Both the position numbers and the translations under genes were made by a program. The notes under the pieces are model-generated. The model saw nothing but the letters and a program-made list of their open reading frames with translations, was not told the origin of the DNA and searched no databases. Shown here in pieces: positions 49,502 to 58,502 of a stretch of 64,000 bases of DNA. Within the stretch, counting starts at the first letter, position 1. Every line of letters begins with the position of its first letter. Source of the DNA: Candidatus Poribacteria bacterium (GTDB lineage Bacteria; Poribacteria; WGA-4E; WGA-3G); assembly GCA_965242965.1 (NCBI GenBank), contig OZ251518.1:4928001-4992000 (forward strand), written 5' to 3'.

Positions 49502-50494
49502 TTAGGGTACCTCAATCTTCGCGAACACCTGCTCAACGATACTTTCCACATCACGTCCTTCCGCCTCAGCTTCATAACTGATACTCACGCGATGCCGCAG
49601 CACATCCATGCCGACGGCGTGAATATCTTCCGGTGTGACGTAGCCGCGTTGCGAGAGAAACGCCCGTGCCCGCGCTGCAAGCGCGAGGAAGATGGTGGCG
49701 CGCGGCGACGCGCCGTATTCAATCAGTGGACTCAGCTCGGATAACTGATATGTCTCCGGGGCGCGCGTCGCGCAGACTAAATCGACGATGTAGGTTTCCA
49801 ACTGCGCCGCCATGTAGATGTTGCACACTATCTCTCGGAAACGGATGATGTCTTCGGGGGAAATTACGCGCTGAATGTCAGGAATCTCTTCGGTTGTCAT
49901 GCGCCGCAGGATTTGCAATTCCTCTGCGTGCGTCGGGTAATCCACCCGAATTTTTAGCATAAACCTATCCACCTGCGCTTCGGGGAGGGGGTAGGTGCCT
50001 TCTTGCTCGATGGGATTCTGCGTCGCCAAAACGAGGAACGGTTCATCAAGCGGATAAGTCGTGCCGCCGATGGTGACTTGTCGTTCCTGCATCGCTTCGA
50101 GTAGCGCGCTTTGCACTTTGGCGGGCGCGCGGTTAATCTCATCGGCGAGGATGACGTTTGCGAAAACCGGTCCCTTTTTGGTGTAGAAATCGCCGCGCCC
50201 CTGGTCATAGATGAGTGTGCCAACCAGGTCTGCCGGGAGCAAATCGGGTGTAAATTGGATGCGATTGAAGGAGGCATCGATAGTCCGAGCCAGCGCGCTC
50301 ACGGCGGTAGTTTTGGCGAGTCCGGGCACGCCTTCCAGCAGGATGTGTCCGTTGCAAAGCAGTCCGATGATGAGTCCCTCTAGCAAATCGCGCTGCCCGA
50401 CAATCATCTTCCCTGTCTCGGCGAGAATTTGTTGGATGAGCCCGCTGTCTGCTTCAATGCGAGCGTTCATTGCGTCTAAGTCGTATTGTTGCAT
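49502..50494 (-). CDS. moxR: MoxR family AAA+ ATPase
   Basis: EGVPGLAKT, RIQFTPDLLPAD, DEINRAPAKVQSALLEAM, TQNPIEQEGTYPLPEAQVDRF. Confidence 0.95.
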   Translation of the reverse strand: MQQYDLDAMNARIEADSGLIQQILAETGKMIVGQRDLLEGLIIGLLCNGHILLEGVPGLAKTTAVSALARTIDASFNRIQFTPDLLPADLVGTLIYDQGRGDFYTKKGPVFANVILADEINRAPAKVQSALLEAMQERQVTIGGTTYPLDEPFLVLATQNPIEQEGTYPLPEAQVDRFMLKIRVDYPTHAEELQILRRMTTEEIPDIQRVISPEDIIRFREIVCNIYMAAQLETYIVDLVCATRAPETYQLSELSPLIEYGASPRATIFLALAARARAFLSQRGYVTPEDIHAVGMDVLRHRVSISYEAEAEGRDVESIVEQVFAKIEVP

Positions 50495-50584
50495 TTTTTT
50501 TGTTGGAAACGCTGATGCAAAACGGCAACGGCTAAACCCGAAAAGGCGCGGGCTCCGTAACGCCCGCGCTATTCGCTATTTAAG

Positions 50585-51333
50585 TGAGAGTGTTTCATAT
50601 CTCGATGTCTTCCCGGTAGGAGAGACCTCCTGGTCTCGATGTTCCCGTAGCGCGGGGGCCCTCGGAGGTTTCCATACGCGCATCCGAGCGGGTTTCCCCC
50701 GCGATGGCTCAAGAACCGTTTTTTATCGTAGCGCGGGGGCCTGTCCCCCGCGAACTCCATCGGCAAGAGTGGCGTTTTAGGTCCTTTAGGACCTACATGT
50801 CTATAGAAAAACGTGCCGTGCCGTTTTCAAGGGCCTTTAGGTCCTTAATAAAACCCGCGTGGCCCTGGCAAAATCCATTAAGGACCTAAAGGACCTTAGC
50901 GTTCTTCGCAGCCGCACGTGCTATAGACATTAAGGTCCTACGGACCTAAGAGACGTTTTTCCATAGCGCGGACGATGGCGAGGGACAGGCCCCCGCCCTA
51001 CGGTGAAAGGGAGGGCTTTCCTCTTACCGTAGCGCGGGGGCCTGTCCCCCGCGATTGTTGGATTGCGCGTGCATGCACGATGCGAGGGAAACCCTCTCGC
51101 ATGCGCGTGTGGCATCCGAGGGCCCTCGCCCTACGTAAAGGGGTGGCGTTTTTTTATCACCGTAGCGCGGGGGCCTGTCCCCCGCGAGTTTCCAGTAGAG
51201 CGCAGCATAGCGAGGGACAGGCCCTCGCCCTACGTAAAGGGGCGGCGTTTTTTATCGTAGCGCGGGGGCCTGTCCCCCGCGAGCGTTGGATTGCGCGGAC
51301 GATGACAGGGTGGCGATTTATGAAACACCCGCA
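50585..51333. mobile_element. MITE-like cassette with REP mosaic
   Basis: TGAGAGTGTTTCATA ... TATGAAACACCCGCA; TTTAAG on both flanks (50579-50584, 51334-51339). Confidence 0.7.
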
Positions 51334-51334
51334 T

Positions 51335-52687
51335 TTAAGTGAAAAATGCCGCCGTTTCTCCCTCCTGAAAAGACTGCTCCAGCCACGGGTCTTCCGTTTT
51401 TTCCCGGAAGGCGACGACTTTCCCGCGCATCTCGTTAAGCATCGCCTGCAACGCTGGCTCGTCAATGAGATTGGTGGACTCCGCCGGATCCTGCTGCATA
51501 TCAAAGAGTGCCTCCCTGTTCTGCTGTAAGAAGTGCTCCCGCTGCCGCTCGCCGAGCTGCTGGACGTTGTCATCTCGTACCGCTGTCCACGAAATAGAAC
51601 GAAACAGATCACTCGGTAGCGGGGTTTCCAGTTGATACGCCAAATTGCGGACATACTTATACCGCCGTCCTCGCAATACACGATACGGATAGTAGTTCGT
51701 CACTTCGTGGAAGCAGTGCGAGAAATAGGTTTCCTCCCACGTGCCATCGCCGGGGTGCGGGCTGTCGTCTTCAAGGATGGAGAGCAGTGAGCGGCCCGGC
51801 AGCGCGTCTGAACCGTCGGGATGCGCAACGCCGCACCAATCTAACATCGTCGGGCAGAAATCCACCCAGTTGACAAGTGCCTGATTGCGGAGTCCCCGTC
51901 GCCGTTGCGTTGGGCTCGCGATGAGCAACGGACAGTGGTGCCCGCTATCAAAACTTGATGCCTTCGCGCCCGGGAACGGCATGGCGTGGTCCGTCGTAAC
52001 AAAGACGAGGGTTTCATCAGCGCGCCCGGATGCCTCCAGGGCACCTAACACTGCGCCGACGACAGCATCCCAGCGCGTGACGCTCTCGTAATAGTCTGCC
52101 AAGTCTTCACGGACAGCGGGTATATCCGGCAGGAAATTCGGCACGAGTATTTCATCGGGAGAGTAGGGGTTCGGTTTGATGCCTGCATGCGTCCGTTCAT
52201 TGCCGAAGCCTTTGCCAGCACGATGCGGATAACTACTGCCGATATGCAGGTAGAACGGGTTATCCGCGTTCTCATTGAGGAATTGTGTCACCTTTGCTGC
52301 CATGTCTACCGGGCTTCTGCCATCAACGCGCGGCTCGTAGTCAAACGGATAGACGCTGGCAGGTTCGACGTGTTTTTTGCCGATGCACGCCGTAGCGAAC
52401 CCGTGCGCCTTCAGGATTTTAGGCACGGACTGCATGTTTTCGTGCGTGCGAAACCCGTGAATGCCGTGGCAGTGCCCGTATTGCCCGTGCGTGTGGCTAT
52501 GCTGCCCGGTGAGAATACAGGCGCGGCTCACCGCACACGAGGGGCTCGTGCAAAATCCGTAATCAAACACGACACCGCGCTCCGCAAACGCATCGATGTG
52601 TGGCGTGCGGATTACCTCGTTGCCGTAGCACTTCGCGATGCGGCTCCAGTCGTCCGCAATGACGAACATAACGCTTTGATAGTTCAT
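51335..52687 (-). CDS. Formylglycine-type sulfatase (sulfamidase-like)
   Basis: VIADD, SPSCAVSRACILTG, IGKKH, TTDH, YKYVRNL. Confidence 0.9.
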   Translation of the reverse strand: MNYQSVMFVIADDWSRIAKCYGNEVIRTPHIDAFAERGVVFDYGFCTSPSCAVSRACILTGQHSHTHGQYGHCHGIHGFRTHENMQSVPKILKAHGFATACIGKKHVEPASVYPFDYEPRVDGRSPVDMAAKVTQFLNENADNPFYLHIGSSYPHRAGKGFGNERTHAGIKPNPYSPDEILVPNFLPDIPAVREDLADYYESVTRWDAVVGAVLGALEASGRADETLVFVTTDHAMPFPGAKASSFDSGHHCPLLIASPTQRRRGLRNQALVNWVDFCPTMLDWCGVAHPDGSDALPGRSLLSILEDDSPHPGDGTWEETYFSHCFHEVTNYYPYRVLRGRRYKYVRNLAYQLETPLPSDLFRSISWTAVRDDNVQQLGERQREHFLQQNREALFDMQQDPAESTNLIDEPALQAMLNEMRGKVVAFREKTEDPWLEQSFQEGETAAFFT

Positions 52688-52703
52688 AATTCTGTTCCTT
52701 TTC

Positions 52704-53378
52704 CTAATCCTGCTTTACCTGCGCGACAATCAAATCAACTACCTCGTCAATTGTTTTGTGCGTTGTATCCACGACGATTGCATCTTCCGCTTCGCGGAGT
52801 GGGCTGTGTTCGCGCGATCTGTCCTTCTCATCGCGGGTGCGGATTTCCGCCGCCACTTCCTCAAGCGTCGTTTGAACATTCTGTGAACGGAGTTCTGCCA
52901 GCCGCCGCCTCGCGCGTTCCGTAACAGAGGCATCAAGGTAGAATTTGAAATCGGCATCCGGAAAAACGATTGTCGTCAGATCTCGGCCTTCTGCCACGAT
53001 ACTTCCAGCTGCGCCGATGCGCTGTTGGTGCTTAACAATCTCCTTCCGAATCTCCGGAATTTTCGCCACGTCTGCTACCCGTTTGTTCACCGCCGGGGTG
53101 CGGATGCAGGTAGTGACATCCTCACTGTCAAGCAGAACAATCTTGCCGTTATCGGCAAATTCGATCTGACACTCTTGAACACGGGATAGCAGTTTCGGCG
53201 AGTTTGCGGATAGTTTATGCCGGATTGCCAACACGGTAACCGCCCGATACATCGCGCCGGAATCAAGATAGAGGCATCCTAATTTTTCGGCGACGTGGCG
53301 CGCAACGGTGCTTTTCCCAGAACCGGCGGGGCCATCTATTGCAATTTTTCTGTTGTTCGCAATGCGTTCAATAGACAT
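52704..53378 (-). CDS. cmk: Cytidylate kinase
   Basis: IAIDGPAGSGKST, LDSGAMYRA, EGRD, RDEKDRSREHSPL. Confidence 0.96.
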   Translation of the reverse strand: MSIERIANNRKIAIDGPAGSGKSTVARHVAEKLGCLYLDSGAMYRAVTVLAIRHKLSANSPKLLSRVQECQIEFADNGKIVLLDSEDVTTCIRTPAVNKRVADVAKIPEIRKEIVKHQQRIGAAGSIVAEGRDLTTIVFPDADFKFYLDASVTERARRRLAELRSQNVQTTLEEVAAEIRTRDEKDRSREHSPLREAEDAIVVDTTHKTIDEVVDLIVAQVKQD

Positions 53379-53394
53379 AGTTTGTGAGGGAGGG

Positions 53395-53510
53395 CATCGA
53401 GACCAGGAGGACTCTCCTACCCACCATTGTTTGCATAGGGAAACGCAATCTTGGAAATCCTATAATCTTGGAAATCCTGTGAAATCCTGCTAATCTTGTA
53501 AATCCTGCTC
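53395..53510. repeat. REP unit plus AATC(C/T)TG short-period repeats
   Basis: AATCTTGGA/AATCCTATA/AATCCTGTGA/AATCCTGCT; same family near 11310-11360 and 28330-28375. Confidence 0.7.
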
Positions 53511-53515
53511 TGGTT

Positions 53516-54412
53516 TCACGTCAGGGTTTCCCGCTGTTTTTTCGCTTCGGTTAGCACGCGTTCAATTTCAACGTGGTTATCGGTTTGGAGTAGGTTTTTG
53601 AATGCAGTCAAGTTATCCACCATGCCATCGATGAGTGCGGCGAGGACTTCGGCGTTCTGCGTGAAAATCCCTGTCCACATCTCCGGTGAACCCGCGGCGA
53701 TGCGCGTCGTATCCCGAAATCCTGTCGCGGTGTAATCCAACGCTTTTTCGCAACCTGCCTCCACTTCGGCGACGCTGTTCGTCAGCAGACTGGCGATGAG
53801 ATGCGGCAGGTGACTCGCTGCGCCAATGAGGGTATCGTGCGTTTCTGGCGAGAGGCGATACGGCACCGCGCCGACAAACCTCCACAAGTTTTCAATGCGT
53901 TGCAGCGCATCGCTGTCCGTATTTTCAGTAGGAGTCAGGATGCATGTCGCGTTCTCGAAAAGCGTCGCCCGCGCCGCGCCTACGCCGGTTTCATGTGAAC
54001 CTGCCATCGGATGCCCACCGACAAAGGCGACACCTTCCCGGTGACGTGGGATAAGCCGTTCTTCAACCGCCTTCACCATCGCGCCTTTTGTGCTGCCGAC
54101 ATCGGTGACCACGATGGGATTTCGGGACGTGACTGAAACGCATTCGGCGATGCGTTCTACAAACCCCGGAACGTGTTCCACCGGCATGCCGAGAACAACC
54201 ATGTCTGCATCACGGATGCCTTCGGCGATGTCTGTCGTTATTATGTCTACTGCATCGCGCGCAAGTGCCTGCTTCAGGGTGGAGAGCCGCCTGCCGAGCC
54301 CGACGCGCTCGCCCGTGAAGCCGTTCGCTTTCAACGCCAGTCCAAGCGAACCCCCGATTAAACCGACACCCCAGATGGTTAGCCGTTGAAGTTGCTGCAA
54401 ATCGGTAAACAT
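53516..54412 (-). CDS. tyrA: Prephenate/arogenate dehydrogenase
   Basis: GVGLIGGS, TDVGSTK, GGHPMAGS, SHLPH, GFRDTTRIA. Confidence 0.94.
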   Translation of the reverse strand: MFTDLQQLQRLTIWGVGLIGGSLGLALKANGFTGERVGLGRRLSTLKQALARDAVDIITTDIAEGIRDADMVVLGMPVEHVPGFVERIAECVSVTSRNPIVVTDVGSTKGAMVKAVEERLIPRHREGVAFVGGHPMAGSHETGVGAARATLFENATCILTPTENTDSDALQRIENLWRFVGAVPYRLSPETHDTLIGAASHLPHLIASLLTNSVAEVEAGCEKALDYTATGFRDTTRIAAGSPEMWTGIFTQNAEVLAALIDGMVDNLTAFKNLLQTDNHVEIERVLTEAKKQRETLT

Positions 54413-54481
54413 ATCGCGCGATATCCTGTGATTTGTCCTTTCGGGTAGGCGCGGTTTGCAACCGCGCCTACGGCGTGCCTC

Positions 54482-55228
54482 CTATTCCATCAATGCTATC
54501 ACACCACAAGCGAGACGCGCGCCGCCGCCTGTCACGATAGGTGCAAGTGCCGGATCATCGCCCGGTTCAGCCATTTTCGTAACCAGCACCAGTTGCGGCA
54601 CTTCCACCCTCTCAATCGGTTCGTCCGGACCAGGGATGACAATGACAGGCGTTTCCTCTACCGGTGGCGCGATGTCGGCATCTACCACAGGCGGCGTTTC
54701 AAAGGTATCGCCTTTTTCATGAATCATGACGAGTTTGCCGAGGATGTCGGTGCCCGGGTCACCGCCGAGAGTCCAGAGTGAGGTGGTAAATTCAAGCGTG
54801 CCGGTGCCGTCCTCGCCGACTTGGATGTTCCCAATTTCGCCTCTCCCAACGGGCGGCATCTCCGGTGTTGCCTCCACGACAGGGACACCGATAGTGCCGA
54901 TGGGAATGTGAGTCGGGTGCCAATGCCCTTCGGCGTTCGCGCAATCAGCACCGTTGTGGAGGTGCGCGGCGTGCGGTCCCGGGGCAGCCCCTTGAATCTC
55001 AATGCGGACGTGCAACGTTCCCGCGGATTCCATAAATACGGCTGTGCCGGTGATACCGCTATCGGTGCCCGGTTTATCGGTGATGGTTGCCATCGCTGTT
55101 TTTCCTTCGGGACTGGGCGGCATCACCTGTGTCGGAATTCTCTCACAACTGACAATGAGGCACGTCACGAAGATGATGGCTATTGACAGGAACTGAAGCT
55201 GAAGTGTTGAGTCTTTAGATTTAAACAC
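54482..55228 (-). CDS. sodC: Cu/Zn superoxide dismutase family lipoprotein
   Basis: HAAHLH, GHWHP, GEIGNI, MIHEKGD, GARLACGVI; IVSC lipobox. Confidence 0.8.
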   Translation of the reverse strand: MFKSKDSTLQLQFLSIAIIFVTCLIVSCERIPTQVMPPSPEGKTAMATITDKPGTDSGITGTAVFMESAGTLHVRIEIQGAAPGPHAAHLHNGADCANAEGHWHPTHIPIGTIGVPVVEATPEMPPVGRGEIGNIQVGEDGTGTLEFTTSLWTLGGDPGTDILGKLVMIHEKGDTFETPPVVDADIAPPVEETPVIVIPGPDEPIERVEVPQLVLVTKMAEPGDDPALAPIVTGGGARLACGVIALME

Positions 55229-55328
55229 GGCTAGTTTCTCCTTATAGGGTTTAAAATATTTTAAGACAATTCGCCATTTTTGTCAAGCGAAAATTTTTCA
55301 CCAGCAGAACTTTTCAGTTCTTCTTCCA

Positions 55329-55415
55329 TGTAGGCGAGACCTCCCGGTCTCGATGGTTAGGGAAAACCCATCTACCGGGTAGGCGAGACCTCCCGGTCTC
55401 GATGGTTAGGGAAAA
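55329..55415. repeat. Tandem REP units
   Basis: GTAGGCGAGACCTCCCGGTCTCGATGGTTAGGGAAAA x2. Confidence 0.8.
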
Positions 55416-55426
55416 CTGTTCTGTTT

Positions 55427-58003
55427 TCACCCGCGTGCATCCGCTAACGCCTCTTCAAGAGCCGCCCGGAATTCGTTCTCATTTTCGTTGTTATAGAACG
55501 GCACGCCGAGGAGGCGATAGTCCTTATCCTCTGTCAGTCTTCGACTCCCGAATTGGGCACGAATCTGCTTCAAAAAGCCCACTTTCCACGCGTCATGCGC
55601 TTGGAGGTGCTTCCCTTTGGGTTCAATGAAGAGTTGGTAACTTGCCTCATCGCCGTTTTTGTCTCGGAGGAACAGCACGAAGTCAGGTTGGAAGGCTTGC
55701 CCATCGGGGAAGTGATAGATGGCAAAATGCCCTTCGTTGCGGAGCAGATAGATGTCCTCGTGGGTTTGTTCTAATGCGGGAATCATCCTGTCCAGCATCC
55801 GCACGAACGCCTTTTCCTCGCTGGTGCCGTGGAGCGTGTTGAAGGCGTACCAGTTTTTGGCGGAGACGAAATGTGTAAATTGCGCGGTGTCAGCAACACG
55901 TTGCGTATTCGCGCCTAATTTCAGGCGTTTATCGGTGAAAATGGCGCGCACTTGTTGCTCCCGGAACCGCGTGGTGCCTTCGTATTCGGTGCTTTGCGTG
56001 CGAATTTCTGTCTCAAGCTGCCGCAGTAACCCGCGACAGCCAGCCAACTTCGCCGCCGGATTCACCGCGAGTTCACTGACATTCCCTTCAAAGGTGATTG
56101 CCAAGCCGCCGAGGTAGTTCTCTGCAGTGATAAATTCGCGTATTGACGCGAGTTGTGGAAAATACCGCTTGAGGGACGCGAACGTGAAAAACGGATTGCG
56201 CGCGATGGCACCTTGGACGATATTGCGCGCCATATCTGCCACCTGCACATCTTGCCGATTTTCTTCATGCACGAGAGGTGTCGCACCGTTCTCCAGCACG
56301 CGGCTCCCCCCGCCTTGTCCGGTTGCAACGGTATGGACATAGTTTTTCTTCTGCACGCCTAAGTCTGCGAAGGAGCGCACGTTCTGATAACTCTTCTCCA
56401 CCCGTTCGTTCAGCCAGACGACACCGTGTTTGTAAAAATCTGTCTGCTTGAACTTGTCTTTCAGTTTGAGTTCGCGCGTCACCGTGCTTTCGTCCAGCAT
56501 GCCTTGTTCCACCAAGGCGGTACGGATTTCGGAGATGTAACGCGAATCGTTGATGCTATGATAGTGGAGTTCTTCCAAGACGCGGCGTTCGTTATCGAGT
56601 TCCGTATCAAACTTGCGGCGGAACCTGTCCGAGTGCCCTGGTCCGACGAACGGGAAATAGCGTGCCCCGCGCCCGATGAGTTGCGCTTCGGATATCGTCG
56701 TCTTCCCGATTTTGCCTTGTCCCGAATCGCGCTGCTCATAACAGCGGACAATGTCAAAGAGATTCAGCACATCCCATCCTTCGTTCAGTTTCTGCACGGC
56801 GAAAATGGCGCGGAGGGGATTCCCCGCATCCTCAAGCGTGTTCACCCGAAGTTGGTAGGTGTCCTTTTCCTTCTCGCTGTTGACTGAAAGACAATTCGTC
56901 TCCCGGAACCCGTGTTTGAGGCGTTGTGCCAGCTGCGCATCTGATACCGAATTTTCCGCGAAGAAGTGGAACGCCTGCTGAACAATGGGAACGGTTGAAG
57001 CCTGGCGCATCTCAGCAATTTGTGCCTCCGTGAGTCCATCAATCAACCGATGGAAGTTCGCCTTATTCTCTTCCGATTGCGCAATCGTGCGCTGCGCTTT
57101 GAAGAGGATGACAGGTTTCAGGTTAATGCCGTGTTTCGCCGCCACCGCCTGTTTATACTCGCTGAGAATTAACGCTTGCAGAATGCGTTGCGGCAGTTCA
57201 AAATCGGATTGAACGATGACGACATCTTTGGAAAACCGGTCGTTCCGGAAATCCTTCAGCGCGTAGCGATTGATAACCTTGTTCCGATACTTCGTTATCA
57301 TCGCGGGCGTTTCATAATCGTGCGTCGCGGTGAATTCCAACAGCAGGTTTTCTGCGTTTGCGTTGAAGATACGCTCCACCGTGTTCTCCCAGTTGTTAAA
57401 CAACTCCTGCTGTGCCTTCGTCTGGACGTTGATGTGGTGCGCCTCATCTGCGAGAAGCACAATCTTCTTCTCGGCGAAATCCTCAAAGGTGAGCGCGTTC
57501 TCCTTCACTGTCGTCAAATCGGTGTGCAGTTTCTGAATCGTCGTGAAGCAGATGTTGATGGCGTGTTCATTGACACCCTCAAAATTAGCCACCTCTGTCA
57601 CCTCAACGCGTTTGCCATCAAAAAAGATGTTTTCGCTGAAGAGGTATTTGGAGGCGAGCGGGTTGAGGAAGTTGTCCTTTGTCTTCTCAATGATATTGGT
57701 GGAATTGACGAAGAAGAGGAAGTTGCGGTGCCCGTGCTCATAGAGGTAGAGCATCAACCCTGCCATGATAAGCGTTTTGCCGCTGCCTGTCGCCATGTTA
57801 AAGAGGAGGTGCAGCGGTTTTTCCTTGCCATCAAATTCCTCGTTAAAGCAAAGGAAGAACCGCGCAAACGCCTCTTTCTGATAGGGACGGAGTTCAAACG
57901 CCGGATTGAGGTTCTCGGTGAGATAAGTGGGGATTTCGGTGGCTTGGAGAGTGCGCCTCCCGAATTCCTCAACGATGGTTTCGTATAAGAATTTTTCAGG
58001 CAT
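55427..58003 (-). CDS. res: Type III restriction endonuclease subunit Res
   Basis: MATGSGKT, DEAHH, EFTAT, NEGWDV, QLIGRGAR, PDF...IEPKG. Confidence 0.92.
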   Translation of the reverse strand: MPEKFLYETIVEEFGRRTLQATEIPTYLTENLNPAFELRPYQKEAFARFFLCFNEEFDGKEKPLHLLFNMATGSGKTLIMAGLMLYLYEHGHRNFLFFVNSTNIIEKTKDNFLNPLASKYLFSENIFFDGKRVEVTEVANFEGVNEHAINICFTTIQKLHTDLTTVKENALTFEDFAEKKIVLLADEAHHINVQTKAQQELFNNWENTVERIFNANAENLLLEFTATHDYETPAMITKYRNKVINRYALKDFRNDRFSKDVVIVQSDFELPQRILQALILSEYKQAVAAKHGINLKPVILFKAQRTIAQSEENKANFHRLIDGLTEAQIAEMRQASTVPIVQQAFHFFAENSVSDAQLAQRLKHGFRETNCLSVNSEKEKDTYQLRVNTLEDAGNPLRAIFAVQKLNEGWDVLNLFDIVRCYEQRDSGQGKIGKTTISEAQLIGRGARYFPFVGPGHSDRFRRKFDTELDNERRVLEELHYHSINDSRYISEIRTALVEQGMLDESTVTRELKLKDKFKQTDFYKHGVVWLNERVEKSYQNVRSFADLGVQKKNYVHTVATGQGGGSRVLENGATPLVHEENRQDVQVADMARNIVQGAIARNPFFTFASLKRYFPQLASIREFITAENYLGGLAITFEGNVSELAVNPAAKLAGCRGLLRQLETEIRTQSTEYEGTTRFREQQVRAIFTDKRLKLGANTQRVADTAQFTHFVSAKNWYAFNTLHGTSEEKAFVRMLDRMIPALEQTHEDIYLLRNEGHFAIYHFPDGQAFQPDFVLFLRDKNGDEASYQLFIEPKGKHLQAHDAWKVGFLKQIRAQFGSRRLTEDKDYRLLGVPFYNNENENEFRAALEEALADARG

Positions 58004-58025
58004 CTCGGTTTCCTTTCAACGATTT

Positions 58026-58337
58026 CTATCTTTCTTCGCACTGGCCGTCCCGAAAATCCGCGAGAGCTTCCGCTGCAAACCGGGCCAACTTCCCGGCTTT
58101 CACGTCTGCTGCGAACTGTTTATCCCATGCCGCTGCTTCCTCATCATACTTGACTAAGGTTTCCTGAAGCATCGTTTCTAGGGTTTTCAGCAAGATTTCT
58201 TTCGTTTTCGCTGCGCAGCTGACTTCGGGAAGTTCTTGGATACAACCGAGCCATCCCGCGCCGTTGCGTTCCACTTTGGCGGTATAAGTTTCACCGCGTT
58301 CCTGTTCCAGAATTTTGGCGATATAGACTCGTGCCAT
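58026..58337 (-). CDS. Chimeric antitoxin-like protein (HicB-like N-terminal part + WDxQ..D..AGKL helix)
   Basis: N-terminal part aligns by eye with the HicB at 11949; AAAGGAG SD. Confidence 0.7.
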   Translation of the reverse strand: MARVYIAKILEQERGETYTAKVERNGAGWLGCIQELPEVSCAAKTKEILLKTLETMLQETLVKYDEEAAAWDKQFAADVKAGKLARFAAEALADFRDGQCEER

Positions 58338-58502
58338 CTGGGACTCCTTTGATGATTAGGGATGATAGAATAAATAATAGCCTATCACCCGCCAAATTGT
58401 CAAGACAATTGACTTCAGATTTAGATTGTGTTACAATGACGAGACAAGCCGGGGATGAACGGCTCCATGCCACGTGATTGCCGGGCCGCGGTCTGCGCAA
58501 AC

